Source: Octopus bimaculoides
Taxonomy: Eukaryota
Direction: 5' to 3'
DNA: 48,526 bases
NCBI RefSeq assembly: GCF_001194135.2
Contig: NC_068987.1
Span: 48,668,603-48,717,128 of the forward strand
The notes below the pieces were generated by a model. The model saw only the letters and a program-made list of their open reading frames with translations. It ran no database searches and was not told the origin of the DNA. Positions 45,154 to 48,526 of this stretch are shown piece after piece. The translations under genes and the position numbers were made by a program. Each line of letters starts with the position of its first letter. Position 1 is the first letter of the stretch.

Positions 45154-47499
45154 TGGGTATTAATTCAATATAACTCAAAATGTAAAGACAGGCGAAATAC
45201 TGCTCAAGCATTTTGCTGAGCATGCTAATGATTCTGCCAGCTCGCCACCTTCCAGAACAATCAAATCAATTACACATGTCAAATAAACTTTATTTTCATT
45301 TACATATTTTCTATGTTATCTCAATAACCAGCTATAGTTATTTCAAATACACTTCTCTACAACGACCAAGTTTTATTATAAAATGAAAATAGTTTCGTAC
45401 TTTCAATTTGAACCAAAATTACAAAGTCTTGCATTATGAGACTGTCAATGTGTAAATAATGAAAGTAATGTTTCTCTGAACTAATCGTATGTGTATTATA
45501 ATAAAGAAAGCTGCTTATTATCTATCTGTCAAATAAACTATGTTTTTGACTCAACAACTCTTTTTTTACAACCAAAATAACCTCTGTAACTAGGTTGGGT
45601 CACTAAATTTTGAGGTCAATTTAAGACAATATTTTCATTTTCTTTTATTGTATCACTTTCGTCCCATTTTTCACACATGCATAGAATTCTACTCAGACAA
45701 ACATTTATGAAAATGTACATATAAATATTGTATTAAAATAAGCCACAACCAAAAAAATTGCATTAAAAGACATTCTTTTTTCTATATGTTATGAGGAAAT
45801 ACAGCCTCACTCTCTTTCTCTCTCTCATGCACAAAAAAGATGTATGCATATGTATTTATGGGCAAAGGTCAACAATACATATCCCTGGTGTTTAGGGTTA
45901 GGGTTACGCCGAAAACAGGTGGTGTGCGTATTCTTTACCTCTGTCCATTTATGTACATGTATATGAAAGATTGTGTGTGTGTGTGAGAGAGAGAGAGACA
46001 GCGAGTGCCACTTGCACATACATGTAAAAAAAATTTCATACATCACAACACACACCTTCACTCAGTCACTCCTTCTCTTTCTCTCTCTCTCACACATCCA
46101 TTTCATATACACGTACATCTTACACTTTCTCTTGTCTTTTACTTTCTCCTCTCACTTCAGAACAAATGTCACCTTTTCACTTTATCCTCTCTTTCAATTT
46201 CTGCTCTCTTCAAATCATACAGAAATTAAAACAATTTTATGGAAATTAACAAACATATGATTCCATATATGTCGAGCTGACAACTTTGTTTCTTCAAATG
46301 AGAGAATGCCATAAAATAACTTTCTTTGACGCACACACATGCATACACACACTCTAGGTAAAACTTCTGTGTGAATTATGTTAATTCTTGCAGTGTGTAC
46401 ATGCAAATTTACAGCTCAAACTCTATTGTATAATTTGTGTTTCTGATGAGCATATTTATAAACGTGGTCTTTGATATAAATTTAAAGAGGAAGTTTTCCC
46501 AGAAATCCTGTCCTTTACCTTTTCTTTCTAGCATGTCTATGGTGACATTTCCCCCCCCNNNNNNNNNNNNNNNNNNNNNNNNNNNNNNNNNNNNNNNNNN
46601 NNNNNNNNNNNNNNNNNNNNNNNNNNNNNNNNNNNNNNNNNNNNNNNNNNNNNNNNNNNNNNNNNNNNNNNNNNNNNNNNNNNNNNNNNNNNNNNNNNNN
46701 NNNNNNNNNNNNNNNNNNNNNNNNNNNNNNNNNNNNNNNNNNNNNNNNNNNNNNNNNNNNNNNNNNNNNNNNNNNNNNNNNNNNNNNNNNNNNNNNNNNN
46801 NNNNNNNNNNNNNNNNNNNNNNNNNNNNNNNNNNNNNNNNNNNNNNNNNNNNNNNNNNNNNNNNNNNNNNNNNNNNNNNNNNNNNNNNNNNNNNNNNNNN
46901 NNNNNNNNNNNNNNNNNNNNNNNNNNNNNNNNNNNNNNNNNNNNNNNNNNNNNNNNNNNNNNNNNNNNNNNNNNNNNNNNNNNNNNNNNNNNNNNNNNNN
47001 NNNNNNNNNNNNNNNNNNNNNNNNNNNNNNNNNNNNNNNNNNNNNNNNNNNNNNNNNNNNNNNNNNNNNNNNNNNNNNNNNNNNNNNNNNNNNNNNNNNN
47101 NNNNNNNNNNNNNNNNNNNNNNNTGAAAGCAAGTTAGGGGCATTGAGTGTTTATTTTTTTTTTAGAAAAAAATTAAACTATAAAAAAATATTTTCCAGAT
47201 TTGTAATCTCTGTATTTTTTTGTACGCAGAGAACAAAAAAAGAAAAAAGTTACAAATTAAGAAATTGCAGTAGAGATAAGAGGGAAATTAAAATTTTGAA
47301 AACGTAATTTCTGGACAAAATTGTATTAACAGCCTTTTATACGATGAAACAATACATAGTTTCTGATCCTTCTTAAGAACAGAAAGCACCTTCATGCAAA
47401 CCGTTGCAAACTGTACCTTCCCTGTCAAACAAAAAATAACTTCCATTATTCCATTAACTGTATATTAGCTGTGCCGATTAGGAGTAAATAATACAATGT

Positions 47500-47544
47500 G
47501 CTTGTAGGTCACAACACCCGGACAATGCTGGGATGTATTGCTAG
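47500..47544 (+). mobile_element. Helitron 3' terminus (second subfamily)
   Basis: Hairpin cccg-gacaatgc-tggg (47517-47532), 8-nt spacer, CTAG (47541-47544), then T. Confidence 0.6.
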
Positions 47545-47734
47545 TAAACACAAAAACAAAGGGATAAGAATACATATGCTAACATTTTGATTCTTTTCTC
47601 ACATTGACATTCTATTTCTGCACGAACCACTTTACAATCATGTTTCTATTGAAATATATTAATAGTGTTTTCAACAAGTTTTTCAAAGAATTTCATTAAA
47701 AAAAAACTTTTTTTTCATTATTTAGCTTGCAAAA

Positions 47735-47915
47735 AGTAACTTTGGCAGAATTGTTAGAACTTTGGATAAAATGTCTTGCAGATTTTGTTCCTGCTTTTTA
47801 TATTCTAAGTTCAAATCCTGGCAAGCTCAACTTTGCCTTTTATCTTCATGATCAATTTGATTGTTCCCTTCCTGTAAAATAGAGGGCTTGTGCCTATATA
47901 AGAAATTACTATTAT
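47735..47915 (+). repeat. SINE family B, CpG-depleted
   Basis: ttggcagaattgttagaac...tattctaagttcaaatcctggcaagctcaactttgccttttatc. Confidence 0.6.
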
Positions 47916-48287
47916 GCTAGTGTTTAGAACTCAACACAAACCAGCAAAGAAGCCTGTACACAGTTGCTTGGCTTATTAAAAGTACACATCCTAAACAAAA
48001 ATACATTGGATAATGAAATCTTTAATATAATACACAATAAGAATGCAAAAATTCATGTGTTAGGAAGCAACAAAAAAAAAAAAAAAATAATAATAATAAT
48101 AAATGGCTGATTCTGGGCATTTTCGACCATGAGGAATCCATTGGTGCAACTCCCAGATTGCTATCTTGTAAGGTGTGGATTTCTATAGATGCAACACACG
48201 CACACAAACTCAGCTTTACAATATGTACTGATATATATCTATATATATACATACATATTAATAATTGGCACTATATATGTATATACA

Positions 48288-48505
48288 AATTATTGGTTTC
48301 AAATTTTAGCACAAGGCCAGTGAGTTCATGGGAGGGAGGATAAATCGATTACATCAATGCCAGTTTTCAACTGGTACTTATTTTATTGATCGTGAGAGGG
48401 TGAAAGGTAAAGTCAACCTTTGTGGAATTTGAACACTGAACGTAAAGGCAGAAGAAATACCATTAAGCACTTTGCTTGTCCTGTTAATGATTCTGCTAGC
48501 TCACC
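48288..48505 (-). repeat. SINE family B
   Basis: tggtttcaaattttagcacaagg...ctggtacttattttattgatcgtgagagggtgaaaggtaaagtcaaccttt...gattctgctagctcacct. Confidence 0.7.
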
Positions 48506-48526
48506 TCCTTATATATATATATATAT

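Larger units (their letters stand above)
1251..47123. other. Nine assembly gaps: 1251-1372, 3318-3912, 4985-5093, 16949-17323, 21469-21742, 36752-37503, 42456-43013, 43717-44553, 46559-47123
   Basis: Runs of n, mostly bordered by microsatellites or high-copy RTE sequence. Confidence 1.

Noticed and set aside
4201-46260. ORFs rich in IYIY, THTH or CVCV
   Set aside because: Translations of (TA)n/(CA)n microsatellites.
46436-46475. CTGATGAG...aaacgtggtc as a hammerhead
   Set aside because: No GAAA, no stem II pairing and no stem I complementarity.
3127-47143. Long ORFs in the track that run through X stretches (e.g. 3127-4092, 36629-37555, 43677-44708)
   Set aside because: Artefacts of N-gaps lacking stop codons.
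7101-48505. tRNA genes suggested by A/B-box-like sequences
   Set aside because: All are SINE heads continuing into SINE bodies; no complete cloverleaf seen.
15614-48526. Transposon orientation bias within the putative intron
   Set aside because: Large elements occur on both strands (maT and PLE relic minus; Gypsy and RTE fragments plus); no clear bias.

Overview
Eukaryotic, AT-rich, repeat-dense draft-assembly window with 9 N-gaps (about 4.2 kb) and many (TA)n/(CA)n microsatellites. The repeat content looks like a coleoid cephalopod, probably Octopus; this is inferred from repeat style, not from a search. No intact multi-domain host CDS is visible. The one supportable host-gene signal is a CpG-retaining promoter (CRE TGACGTCA plus a YY1 motif overlapping an ATG) with a signal-peptide-like first coding exon at 15529-15613 (+). 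If real, the rest of the window is largely intronic, with several candidate micro-exons. Most other sequence is decayed transposable elements: RTE LINEs and their (GAT)n tails, Penelope-like elements (RT + GIY-YIG), R4/Dong-like RLE retroelements, a DD34D mariner, a near-complete DD37D (maT) transposon, a Mag-type Ty3/Gypsy LTR element, Helitron fragments and 3' ends, MITEs and tRNA-derived SINEs. The most notable observations are: (1) four hammerhead-ribozyme-like motifs tied to Penelope-like relics, two of them forming an outward-facing inverted pair with a shared CCGAUGA core variant; (2) a candidate 6-nt UGC-preceded micro-exon; (3) a CpG-retaining domain ending near a strong CTCF-like motif. 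All coordinates were read by eye and element edges are approximate. No searches or folding programs were run.
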